Shown here: positions 8,639-17,843 of the stretch, piece by piece
How positions within the stretch are numbered: the first letter of the stretch is position 1
Layout of the letters: the number at the start of each line of letters is the position of its first letter
NCBI RefSeq assembly: GCF_000020025.1
Contig: NC_010628.1
Coordinates: forward strand, 8,010,001 to 8,042,000
Direction: 5' to 3'
DNA length: 32,000 nt
Source: Nostoc punctiforme PCC 73102
GTDB taxonomy: Bacteria > Cyanobacteriota > Cyanobacteriia > Cyanobacteriales > Nostocaceae
Translations under genes and position numbers: made by a program
The notes under the pieces: model-generated
Told to the model about the DNA's origin: nothing
What the model saw: only the letters and a program-made list of their open reading frames with translations
Database searches by the model: none

Positions 8639-9527
8639 GCGTCCGTTTTTGAAAGCGACTGTAGAACTTTAAGTTTTATAAATTGCGGGATTTTTCACTC
8701 GTAAAAGTGATTTCCCTTCTGAAAAACTCGAACTCGTTCCGTTTTCACTTTGTTATTTATAACTCGCAACAGACTAACACGAACCTTTTGGCTTGGGGAT
8801 CAGGGTTTTAGCGTAATTATCGACTGCTTAATCAAATTAAAGTTCCAAATTTAAGGGTGAAACCTTTCTCAAAGGCGGACTTTGGCTATGTAACGCTTTT
8901 TTCTGCAACTCAAAAATTTCTTAAAAAAACTTTACGCTTGTTGCACCCCAAAGTGACGACACCCTATTGACTTCTGTTCTAAAGGCTCACTACTACTCGT
9001 GTATTCTAGATAACATGTATTTTCACTATTTCCTATAAGAAGATAATATAACTCTAATTAAATGGCATCGGCATAAATACTTAAAATCGTTTATTTAATT
9101 AAATATTTAGATTTCCCTATGAATAAGTCGTGATATGAGTTACATCTACAATAATTATGCAAATTAGTTTGAGTTTAAGATGTTTTTTCTACTTAGATTA
9201 ATCATGACTTTTATTCCCCATAAGTCAACGTAGATGAGTGCTTAATATTACTTTTAATTACCGTGTTACTGAGTATAAAATAAAGAAGTATACTCAACTT
9301 AATATTTTTTGTGATTAGTGATGAAAAAATTAGGAAATCTTCGCGATCGCTTATAAATCAATTTTTGCTTGTATCAAAAAGAACAATAGCTATTTTTGGT
9401 ACTAAGTAATTGTTCAAAGATGATTTTTTAGAGCAAGCTATCTTTTTCAAAATCTTTGCGGCTGTAGGTATGTACGGCTGCACCCCTACTATATATAGTG
9501 AGTATTTTGGGGAGTGCTATCAGCGTG

Positions 9528-10511
9528 ATGACAAGCCAAGTAAATCAAAGAGATTTAGAAATAGATTCATCGCCATTATTAGCTGTTCTTCAGGAATTGC
9601 ATTCTCAGTACAAGTTACTGCAAGAGGGTGCAGTAGCGAAATATATTCCAGAATTGGCAAAGGTAAACCCGGATTTATTCAGCATTTGCATTGTCACAGT
9701 AGATGGTCAGATTTACAAAGTTGGCAATTACGACCAACTCTTTACCATTCAGTCGATTTCCAAAGTGTTTGCTTATGGACTTGCCTTAGAAGATCATGGA
9801 TTGGATTACGTTTTAACTAGAGTTGGCGTAGAACCGACGGGGGATGCATTCAACGCGATCGTTTTAGATGAGCAATCGAAGCGACCTTATAATCCAATGG
9901 TAAATGCAGGTGCGATCGCAACCACTAGCTTAATCAAAGGTTCCGGCCCAACAGAACGTCTTAACCGAATGCTGGATATGTACAAGCGATATATCGGCCG
10001 GGACGTATTCGTTGACATTTCAGTTTTTACCTCAGAACGCAGTACCGGACATCGCAACCGTGCAATGGCGCATCTGATGCTCAACTTTGGCATGATTGAC
10101 CGGAATATTGAAGAGTCGCTGGATCTTTATTTCCAGCAGTGTGCTGTGATAGTGAATTGCGAAGACTTAGCAGTGATGGCGGCTACTCTAGCTAACAAAG
10201 GTATGAACCCCATCACCAAAGAACAGGCGGTAGATAAGCGTTACATCAAAGATATTCTGAGTGTGATGTACACCTGCGGAATGTACAACTTTGCAGGTGA
10301 GTGGGCTTACAAAATTGGGATTCCGGCAAAAAGCGGAGTTTGTGGTGGGATTATCGCGGTTGTACCCAACAAGATGGGTATTGGGGTTTTTTCGCCCCTG
10401 CTAGATGTGCGTGGTAATAGTGTGCGAGGCGTGAAGGTGTGTGAAGAACTTTCCCAACGGTTAGGTTTACATCTATTTGATTGTTCAGGACAAGAGGCGA
10501 AATTTGATTGA
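9528..10511 (+). CDS. glsA: Glutaminase A
   Basis: Serine beta-lactamase-like glutaminase motifs are present: [27 protein letters not shown]. The likely start is ATG 9528; the track ORF begins at GTG 9498. Confidence 0.9.
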   Translation: MTSQVNQRDLEIDSSPLLAVLQELHSQYKLLQEGAVAKYIPELAKVNPDLFSICIVTVDGQIYKVGNYDQLFTIQSISKVFAYGLALEDHGLDYVLTRVGVEPTGDAFNAIVLDEQSKRPYNPMVNAGAIATTSLIKGSGPTERLNRMLDMYKRYIGRDVFVDISVFTSERSTGHRNRAMAHLMLNFGMIDRNIEESLDLYFQQCAVIVNCEDLAVMAATLANKGMNPITKEQAVDKRYIKDILSVMYTCGMYNFAGEWAYKIGIPAKSGVCGGIIAVVPNKMGIGVFSPLLDVRGNSVRGVKVCEELSQRLGLHLFDCSGQEAKFD

Positions 10512-10773
10512 AGCACAGTTCGACAGGTCATATAGTTGCTGTCTAATCAGACTAATAAAAAGACCTCTCCCTGGTTTTACTACGCAAAACCTGTCCCTCT
10601 CCGAGGCGGAAAGGGGCAAATTGGAACACAAGGTTAAAGCAGGAAAGGTTTATTTAACTCTCGTTTATCTATATATAGTCACCAAACTCTAAATTATCTC
10701 TCTTCGCGTGTCCTCCAGTTACAGCTATTTTCAAGTAAGGGACTTGCGTGAAAATAAAGTACCAGTAAACCGA

Positions 10774-10818
10774 GTTTCGACACTTCGACTGCACTGAGCG
10801 CAGTCGAAGTGTCGAAAC
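10774..10818. repeat. Perfect 19-bp-stem hairpin element
   Basis: gtttcgacacttcgactgc (10774-10792) and gcagtcgaagtgtcgaaac (10800-10818) are exact reverse complements, separated by a 7-nt loop. Confidence 0.85.
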
Positions 10819-10869
10819 CCGTCTAGGTTGGGATACTATTAACCCGCAGCTCCTTAAATAGACCACGCT

Positions 10870-10897
10870 GTAGGGGCAATTCATGAATTGCCCTTAC
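10870..10897. repeat. Palindromic element gtaggggcaattca|tgaattgcccttac
   Basis: gggcaattca (10874-10883) and tgaattgccc (10884-10893) form a perfect 20-nt palindrome, with further pairing outside it. It lies 38 nt past the stop of the minus-strand gene at 10935. Confidence 0.8.
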
Positions 10898-10934
10898 GAC
10901 AGATGTGCTTCAAATACATGAAAACTGCTGTAAT

Positions 10935-11750
10935 TTACAATTCTTCTGCTTGGGGAAGCGGGAAGATTTCACCAGCCAAGTAAGCTGGAAAGTGCTTTTG
11001 AAAGTACAACCAGGAAGTCATATCTTCCCCATCTATCAATGCTTTTGGGGCTTGTTTATATAGAGGAATACGGTTATTAATTTCGTCTTGCAGCAGTGGG
11101 GGCAATTCTGTTAAACCATTGACTTTGCTGCCAACAGCACTGTAGATTAGTTGACCGGGGCGATCGCCCATTTTCATCCAGGGAAGCCATTGACCAATCC
11201 GATCCCAGCTTAGTTTGAGTTCAGAAACTGAGGGAAGCGCTGAGTTAAATAAATCTGCGGTTGGCACTGTTAACTTAAACAATTCTGCCGCCTGATAAAT
11301 TGGATTTGGGCTGTATTCGGCAAATTTGGGATCGTCTGCTAGGGGATTGGGGTAATAGGGAAATATGTCAAAAACGAAGGTTGTGCTGTCACCATCTACT
11401 TGTGCAGGGAAATTTCCCTCAAACTTACCCTGCACTGGATTATTGGCAACGTGAATTACCGGAACTGTCTCGCTTGTCCAAGGATTCTCCCATTTGCGTA
11501 AGATTTCATCTGTTTTTGGGTTGAGGTAGTAAGTTAGTTCCCTAGAAGTAAAATCCCAGCTACCTTCTGCTGTGGGAATACATCGGCTAACACTCAATCC
11601 CAGGATTTTAAATAGAAGTTGTCTTTTCTCGCCGGGGATAAAGGCATAAATCTTACCTTTCCAAATCAGGAAAGTGGATTCGTTAGGGTCGAGGGAAGAA
11701 CGAGTTTTAACCCAGTGCTGCGCTTCAAGTTCTTGGATTTGAGCAACCAT
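10935..11750 (-). CDS. Conserved hypothetical protein, DUF1838-like
   Basis: Clean 271-aa ORF with ATG start. The family assignment is from recollection of DUF1838-type sequences (WKGKIYAFIPGE..., ...YYLNPKTDEILRKWENPWT) and is not verified. Confidence 0.6.
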   Translation of the reverse strand: MVAQIQELEAQHWVKTRSSLDPNESTFLIWKGKIYAFIPGEKRQLLFKILGLSVSRCIPTAEGSWDFTSRELTYYLNPKTDEILRKWENPWTSETVPVIHVANNPVQGKFEGNFPAQVDGDSTTFVFDIFPYYPNPLADDPKFAEYSPNPIYQAAELFKLTVPTADLFNSALPSVSELKLSWDRIGQWLPWMKMGDRPGQLIYSAVGSKVNGLTELPPLLQDEINNRIPLYKQAPKALIDGEDMTSWLYFQKHFPAYLAGEIFPLPQAEEL

Positions 11751-11814
11751 CTAAAGCATCCTTAGTGTTTGGATAACAAAAGGATAAGCTAACCAGCATT
11801 CAAGTTGCATTTTT

Positions 11815-12060
11815 GTCATTGTCATTAGTCATTAGTCAAAAACTAATGCCCTATACTTCCCTACGGGACGCTATGCTTCTCCAAAGGAGTACGACTGTGC
11901 TCAGTACCAATTCCCAATACTTCTCTAACGAGAGGCTACGCCAACGGCTTCGCTCAGTACAAGTTCCCACTTGCCCTGAGCGTAAAGCCTACGGCATAGC
12001 TTCGCTTAACGCGTAGCGTCTCGTAGAGAAGCCGTTCGCGTAGCGTCCCGCAGGGAAGGG
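11815..12060. repeat. Composite repeat block: heptamer array plus four or more SDR units in both orientations
   Basis: Heptamers gtcattg/tcattag occupy 11815-11838. SDR variants sit at 11855-11875, 11920-11945, 12011-12031 (rc) and 12032-12060 (rc). The outer units are mutually inverted, so the block can fold into a long hairpin. Confidence 0.8.
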
Positions 12061-12080
12061 ATTCCCAATACCTTCATCAA

Positions 12081-13268
12081 TTAAACTGATTCAGAAAGTT
12101 GCTCATCTAAACGGCGAAACAAAAACACCCAAAGAGGTAAGGAACTGTTAATCGCAATTAGTCGCACTAAATGACCAGTTGTGACAATTTCAACATTATG
12201 ATTTAATGCCAGGGAAACCAAGATCATTTCTGCCGATCCTCCTGGTGCTGTGACTAGCAAACAGGTTAACCAATCCCAAGAGGTGAATTGCATCGCAAGT
12301 ATAGCAGCGATCGCTCCGGCGATGAGAGTCATCCCTACAGACATCAAGGCATAGCCGACAGTCCGCTTCTGAAAGTTTGGTTTATCTCCCCAATACTCAC
12401 CAATGGTAATTCCCAGGAGCATTTGACCCAATAAGTTAATTATTGGCGGGGGACTAAAACTAATATCACCCACAAAAGGCAGCCAATGTAGCAAAGGATT
12501 AAACCCGATACCAATCAACAATGCACCAAAGAAATCGCCGGCGGGAATTTTAAATAATATAGCTGGATAAACTACTAATGCAGTGATTAGGAGTATTAAC
12601 AAGAGTAATTCTAGTTGAGATGGATCGAGATTGAGCCAAGCAGCGTTGATTGGGAGTGTTTGCGGATAGTAATTACCGGCTGATGTCTTAGCGATGAAGG
12701 GGATCAAAACAACTACTGAGGTGACGCGAATCGCCTGAACTAGGGCAACTAAGCTGACATTTTTATTGTAATCGGCAGCGATCGCTGCCATAATTCCGAC
12801 ACCACCAGGAACAGTAGCCAGCATTGCTGTCAATAGGTTAGTTTTGCTGAGGCGGGCATACATATAACCAATACAACTTCCACTCAGCAGCAGAAACAAG
12901 GTCAGAAAAATAAATATGGGAATACCAGAAGCAACACTAGCTAGATTACCGTGGGTATTGGAAGCGCCGACAGTTAAGCCTACAAGTGCCATTCCCACTT
13001 TTCTAGCAGTGCGGTTAGGTTGGGGAGAATATTGATAAAAAATTCGACACCCTTGAAGAACTACCGTACCGGCAGCAATCCCGCCAAATATCCAGGCAAT
13101 CCTACCAATTTGGAACTTGGCGAGGAGTAAACCCAGAGGCAATGCCAGAAGCATTTCCAAGACAAGGACAATTAATTGCTTCGTAAATAGCTGTTGTTTG
13201 GTAACAACAGGATTTTCATGAGTGTGTTCATCTCGGCTGGGAGCAACACTTAGGCTTTGATTCATCAA
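12081..13268 (-). CDS. AbrB-family duplicated-domain integral membrane protein (often annotated putative ammonia monooxygenase)
   Basis: About 10 or more hydrophobic helices arranged as two homologous halves. Each half carries a PGG motif (ATVPGGVGIMA and VTAPGGSAEMI). Confidence 0.7.
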   Translation of the reverse strand: MMNQSLSVAPSRDEHTHENPVVTKQQLFTKQLIVLVLEMLLALPLGLLLAKFQIGRIAWIFGGIAAGTVVLQGCRIFYQYSPQPNRTARKVGMALVGLTVGASNTHGNLASVASGIPIFIFLTLFLLLSGSCIGYMYARLSKTNLLTAMLATVPGGVGIMAAIAADYNKNVSLVALVQAIRVTSVVVLIPFIAKTSAGNYYPQTLPINAAWLNLDPSQLELLLLILLITALVVYPAILFKIPAGDFFGALLIGIGFNPLLHWLPFVGDISFSPPPIINLLGQMLLGITIGEYWGDKPNFQKRTVGYALMSVGMTLIAGAIAAILAMQFTSWDWLTCLLVTAPGGSAEMILVSLALNHNVEIVTTGHLVRLIAINSSLPLWVFLFRRLDEQLSESV

Positions 13269-13888
13269 TACAAGCTTTTTTATTAATTTAACTTATGTAC
13301 TCAAGCTAATGCGATCGCACAAGATAAATAGAGTCTATCAAGCCAAGTTTAGTAGGATCGTAGTAAGCACTTTAGCGTTCAAATCAATAACTAAAGTCCT
13401 GGCTAGGAAGTTATTCATCTATCAAAGTTAGTCTAGTGGGCTACTAGATGTAAATTTACCGCGTGTTGCCTTCAAACAAAAATACCTATAGACAGAACAT
13501 AAGGGCATAAAGAGAGAGCGGAGTATATGTACGGCTGGACAAAAGCCGAGGCTTTAGGACATTCATTATTGCAATGATAAATAAATACGCCTGGGTTAAA
13601 AATAATCGTAGTTTGGCTTGATGAACGAAACCCAACAATTAACTCTTGATGTTGAGTTTTGTTCTTTAACCCAACCTACACATGTTAAGGTTTTTATGGC
13701 TAACTCAAGCTTATTGAATGATAAATAAATATAGTGATATAGGACTCATATTTATTTGGTTTTTGAACAAACTAGGTACAATTAAAAAAGCCTTTTTCCT
13801 ATTGCCTATTGCCTTTCCACCCAAGATAGTTATTCAAATCAAGTAAATCTGAGCATATACTTTATTCTAATATTTTAAAATAGCTTAA

Positions 13889-14539
13889 CTATACTTGTCC
13901 CTGAATAATTTGAGTCAATTCACTGCGGCTACGATTTGCTTCTGACCAAAAAGCTATCCAAAATATAAATAGCATCAACATAGGCATTCCTATAAAGAGG
14001 GCAGCCATGTAATTAGGCATTGCACCTGTCAATATTATAGGGACAACTGCACTATACCAGAATAAAAACCAGAATCCTAAAAATACCATAACAAAAAAAT
14101 GTATGCTCATCTGTACATGAATAACTGTTTGGTGGGATTCTACTTCAAAACTTCCTCGAATCACTGGCAAAAATGAGTTTCGGTAGTGAATTATCCGGCT
14201 GATTTGAAAGCCTTCTTCAGAAATTGTTCCTTGATAAGGGGCGTGTTTCTTAGAGAATCTAAATGCTTTAGGAGGTTCAACTTTTGCATTCAGTCGTTGC
14301 ATAACTACAGGCAGTGCATCAGGTGTCGAAATCGTAAAGCTATCGTGGGGTAATACTTTCATGTTGATTGAGGTTACTGACTGACAAAAAAACTCGATGA
14401 ATTGTAATATTGCTTTCAGTTTTCCCTCAGCAGCAGCTTTTCTAACAAAAGGAACTGATGGACTGAATCTTCGCGCCAGATTTCCCACCAACTCATCACT
14501 CCAATAGCCCATATCTGTCTTGGAAAAAAGCTTCTCCAA
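13889..14539 (-). CDS. Hypothetical protein with soluble N-domain and C-terminal transmembrane helices
   Basis: The ORF begins at TTG 14539, and ATG 14512 is a more plausible start. Hydrophobic helices are FFVMVFLGFWFLFWYSAVVPIIL and MAALFIGMPMLMLFIFWIAFW. I recognise no family. Confidence 0.5.
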   Translation of the reverse strand: MEKLFSKTDMGYWSDELVGNLARRFSPSVPFVRKAAAEGKLKAILQFIEFFCQSVTSINMKVLPHDSFTISTPDALPVVMQRLNAKVEPPKAFRFSKKHAPYQGTISEEGFQISRIIHYRNSFLPVIRGSFEVESHQTVIHVQMSIHFFVMVFLGFWFLFWYSAVVPIILTGAMPNYMAALFIGMPMLMLFIFWIAFWSEANRSRSELTQIIQGQV

Positions 14540-14982
14540 AAAAGCGTGCCGAGTTTCTTGAAACGTTGATGATGACTTCCAACACGTGTAGATGCTGATT
14601 TACATCGACGAGGCTAATAAATCAGCCTATAAATAGGCAGTTATTAATTTTGCATCTATGCGAAAGAAAATTATCGTAATTTTGCAATAATGTGGAAATG
14701 TTGCAACTCAATAAGCCTAGACGTGAAATAGCTTATAGTCAGCTATCGCCCTGATATTTGCAATCCTCTATCTAAAAAAAAGCCTATAGGGAAAAAATAA
14801 TAAACTAACGCATAGGTATGTACTTTAGTCAATAGTTTTTACCTCCTTTTAATCTCTTATCTGAGAGTATTGACAACTTAAAATTTTGTTTCAAACCGCT
14901 AAACTCCGATTGGGAAATCGGGGTTTTATGTCATGATGGCATACTAGAATATATATGCCTTTCTAACTACAGGGAATCTCAC

Positions 14983-15621
14983 ATGGCTCTCCGTCTAGGT
15001 GACACAGTACCCAACTTTACGCAAGCCTCAACACACGGCGACATCGATTTTTACCAATGGGCAGGTGACAGCTGGGTTGTGCTGTTCTCTCACCCTGCTG
15101 ATTTTACACCTGTTTGCACAACAGAACTCGGCACAGTTGCCAAGCTAAAACCAGAATTTGACAAGCGCAATGTCAAAGCGATCGCACTCAGCGTTGATGA
15201 CGTAGAATCTCACAAAGGCTGGGTGGGAGACATCGAAGAAACTCAAAGCACCACCCTTAACTACCCAATTTTGGCGGATGCGGATCGCAAGGTTGCTGAC
15301 CTGTACGACATGATCCACCCCAATGCTAATGCGGCTGTGACAGTGCGATCGGTTTTCGTGATTGATCCCAATAAGAAACTCCGTCTCTCTTTCACCTATC
15401 CTCCCAGCACGGGACGCAACTTTGATGAACTTTTACGAGTGATTGATTCTCTGCAATTGACTGATAACTACAGCGTGGCGACACCAGCTGACTGGAAAGA
15501 TGGAGAGGATGTTGTAATTGTCCCCTCACTGAAAGATCCAGAAGTACTCAAAGAGAAATTCCCCAAAGGTTACGAGGAAATTAAACCCTATCTGCGGATG
15601 ACTCCTCAGCCTAACAAGTAA
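14983..15621 (+). CDS. 1-Cys peroxiredoxin (Prx6-type)
   Basis: The peroxidatic motif PADFTPVCTTEL contains the only Cys in the protein. Length is 212 aa, as in Prx6-like enzymes. Confidence 0.93.
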   Translation: MALRLGDTVPNFTQASTHGDIDFYQWAGDSWVVLFSHPADFTPVCTTELGTVAKLKPEFDKRNVKAIALSVDDVESHKGWVGDIEETQSTTLNYPILADADRKVADLYDMIHPNANAAVTVRSVFVIDPNKKLRLSFTYPPSTGRNFDELLRVIDSLQLTDNYSVATPADWKDGEDVVIVPSLKDPEVLKEKFPKGYEEIKPYLRMTPQPNK

Positions 15622-15647
15622 ATCTGAAAATGATTTCGGATAAAAAG

Positions 15648-15687
15648 CAAAGACGCAAAGATATAACTTTGCGTCTTTGTTTCTTTG
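15648..15687 (+). terminator. Rho-independent terminator of the peroxiredoxin gene
   Basis: Perfect 13-bp stem caaagacgcaaag (15648-15660) / ctttgcgtctttg (15667-15679) with a 6-nt loop. A T-rich tail tttcttt follows. Confidence 0.8.
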
Positions 15688-15821
15688 CGTGAGAATATAG
15701 TTAGTCGGCTAGGCATCTGAATCTGGAGGAAAACTTATAGATAATGATGTCTTGCAAAATACAGCAATTTTTGTTTTTTTTACCGTAATGTGAGAAAAAA
15801 GTTTGACTGAAAAACTCCTAT

Positions 15822-16031
15822 ATGACAGACAAAATCATTGAACGCATTCTCGCTGCTGCCGATACTCCAAACCTTCTTGATATCTTGACAAATCGGTTGA
15901 GCTTGTCAGACTTACAATCTCTCTTACTTGAAGTTTATCGCCGACATGCAGCCTCCCTCACGCCTAGCGACATCTTAAAGCAGTCGATGCCGTTACGGAA
16001 GATTAGGTCTAAGGTTTCTAGCGATTTCTGA
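15822..16031 (+). CDS. Short ORF, possibly the N-terminal remnant of a longer conserved hypothetical gene
   Basis: ATG-started 69-aa ORF. Its first ~55 aa (…LSLSDLQSLLLEVYRRHAASLTPSDILKQ) read like a conserved N-terminus that I recall from longer proteins. The tail looks like out-of-context sequence. Confidence 0.3.
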   Translation: MTDKIIERILAAADTPNLLDILTNRLSLSDLQSLLLEVYRRHAASLTPSDILKQSMPLRKIRSKVSSDF

Positions 16032-16248
16032 AATAGCTGGGCAAACTCACCGTAGGCAAAGTTGCCACTGCTGGGACGGCACTCTTGCTGGCAGTGGCAA
16101 AGGTAAATTCTGAGTTTTATATTTGAATTACACTAATGTCTTTTTAAAGAACTTGTAAACATTGGACTTTATAACTTTTGGTTGATGAGTTGGTTGATAA
16201 ATTAGACGAAAATTTTGCTTGAACTTAGAAAATATTAAGGATAAAAAT

Positions 16249-16410
16249 ATGTCTAGAATCAAAATTACTGATTTGCAACCTCACAATCGAGTTGAAGAAC
16301 GCGAAATAACTGAGGCTGTTATGACGGCAGTCATTGGAGGAATTCAAATTAAGCTTCTAGGTAATAATATTCTGGATGCAACATTCAAGGGTTTTGCATT
16401 GACAGTTTAA
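16249..16410 (+). CDS. Candidate double-glycine-leader secreted peptide precursor (53 aa)
   Basis: ATG 16249 sits 7 nt after AAGGA (16237-16241). The leader MSRIKITDLQPHNRVEEREITEAVMTAVIGG ends in GG (codons at 16336-16341), with hydrophobic residues at -4, -7 and -12. A 22-aa Cys-free core follows: IQIKLLGNNILDATFKGFALTV. Confidence 0.4.
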   Translation: MSRIKITDLQPHNRVEEREITEAVMTAVIGGIQIKLLGNNILDATFKGFALTV

Positions 16411-16471
16411 ATTTGACAATATATTCCTTGTAGAAGGGGTAAATTCAACGAAAATCAGTGAATGGCTATCC

Positions 16472-16674
16472 CTTCTATACGAGACGCTACGCGAACAAGG
16501 GGTATCCGTAATAGCCGACCGTTCATTGGCCATTAGACTTCTTGCAGAGTGGGTAAAGGGGTAAAGGGTAAAGATATGGAATTTTCCCTTTCCCATCAAC
16601 ATACACTCCAACATCTTGCAAAAGTTACTTTTACAAGATGTCTATTAGTCATTGGCACTAATGACCAATGACTT
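16472..16674. repeat. Repeat cluster: SDR unit, GGGTAAA heptamers and a 9-bp-stem hairpin
   Basis: cttctatacgagacgctacgcgaac occupies 16472-16496. gggtaaa ggggtaaa gggtaaa occupies 16551-16573. agtcattgg (16647-16655) pairs with ccaatgact (16665-16673). Confidence 0.75.
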
Positions 16675-17394
16675 CGATTTCTCCGTTAACCTAAAGGTAT
16701 TACATTGAAATCTATAATAATAAATACATTGCTTTACTGCGTGATTACTGCCTTACACCAGACAATTAAATGTAGCTAGCCGCAAGCACGATCTCTTTCT
16801 ATTCATGCTCTCTTTTTGGCGGAGGGATTGATAATTACGATCGTTATTTTTTAAATTTGAACTCTTAATTTTTTTTGAGTAATTTATTCTTTGGTAGTCC
16901 TTTAGGGGAGAAGAAAGAGGTGACTATAGTACCTTACTCGACTACCTCCCATCGACTCAACCAAAATGCCCAGTCATGAACACCATTGTAGAGGTCAGCA
17001 ATGGGGATTGAGTAGAAATTTAAACAGACATAAAATCACGCATTCTGTCTAAATATTTAATCTGAAAGATTTGATTATTCTTGCTTAATCATGAAATCGA
17101 TCATAGCCTTTAACACTTTATTGGCTATTTAGCTAATAACCTAACTTCAATCAATATTTCTAGTTCCTGCCAGTAGATTTTATCTACATACTCAGTTTAT
17201 ATTATTGGCTACCTGAGTCTCGAAAGAAAAAATTTTCAAAGACTTATATTTCAATATAAGGTCTAAATCATTTAATTGTGAAACAGAAATTTGAAGGATA
17301 ATTAAAAGCAGTTAGGTTTGATATCTTCATCTTCAGTAAATTTCATTAATATCAGTTATTTATTGATTTGATGTGAAACTAAAATGGATGAACT

Positions 17395-17841
17395 TCAATT
17401 GAAACTTGATAAATAATTAGGGGTGAAGTATGGAATAAGCTCAACATCAACCTCATCTGTTAAAAGCCGTAGTTTTTCTGCATCTTCTTTAAGATAAGTA
17501 GTTATCCACAAGCGATCAGCCACAGTTTTGGGAGAGTCCTTAATTAGATATTCAAATGCAGAAACTTGCTCAATTAGGTCAGACTAACGTTTGTAGCAGG
17601 TGTGATAAATCACCTCAGAACACAACCATTGCTACAGTTTTTCAACAGACATAAAGTCTGGACTGTAACCTGATAATGGTTCCACCAAAATATTTAGTGT
17701 TGCAGCCGCATCTTTAAAAATTTGTGAGTAGTGATAAGAAGCACCGCCCTAAATCAATGTCATTAGGATATTTGGGAATTCGGTTTTGAAAGCAGTCCCA
17801 TGCATGACAAAACTCCAGCTTTCAAGATAGACAAGGTTTAA
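17395..17841 (-). pseudogene. IS630-like (DDE_3-type) transposase pseudogene, C-terminal part
   Basis: The minus-strand frame reads ...ILMTLI*GGASYHYSQIFKDAAATLNILVEPLSGYSPDFMSVEKL*QWLCSEVIYHTCYKR*SDLIEQVSAFEYLIKDSPKTVADRLW... There are three in-frame TAG stops (17749-17751, 17632-17634, 17584-17586). The GASYH...YSPDF...E layout matches the DDE catalytic region. Confidence 0.65.
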
Positions 17842-17843
17842 TT

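Noticed and set aside
8700-8770. Possible glutamine (glnA-type) riboswitch upstream of the glutaminase gene
   Set aside because: Only a short acggaacg-like fragment occurs, on the wrong strand. The conserved CGUUC…GGAAGUAGG…AAGGAACG architecture is not present.
9371-9384. NtcA-like site gtatcaaaaagaac (GTA-N8-AAC) upstream of glsA
   Set aside because: It is an imperfect half-site (AAC instead of TAC). I could not place a properly spaced TAN3T -10 box about 22 nt downstream.
9410-9820. 136-aa plus-strand ORF overlapping the start of glsA in another frame
   Set aside because: The product is low-complexity and Cys/Arg-rich with no motifs. The glutaminase frame carries clear catalytic motifs.
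11813-12016. 67-aa ORF in the DUF1838/AbrB spacer
   Set aside because: It is composed entirely of heptamer and SDR repeat units.
16357-16614. 85-aa minus-strand ORF overlapping the 3' end of the candidate peptide gene
   Set aside because: It runs through SDR and heptamer repeats and has a Cys/Ser-rich, non-protein-like composition.
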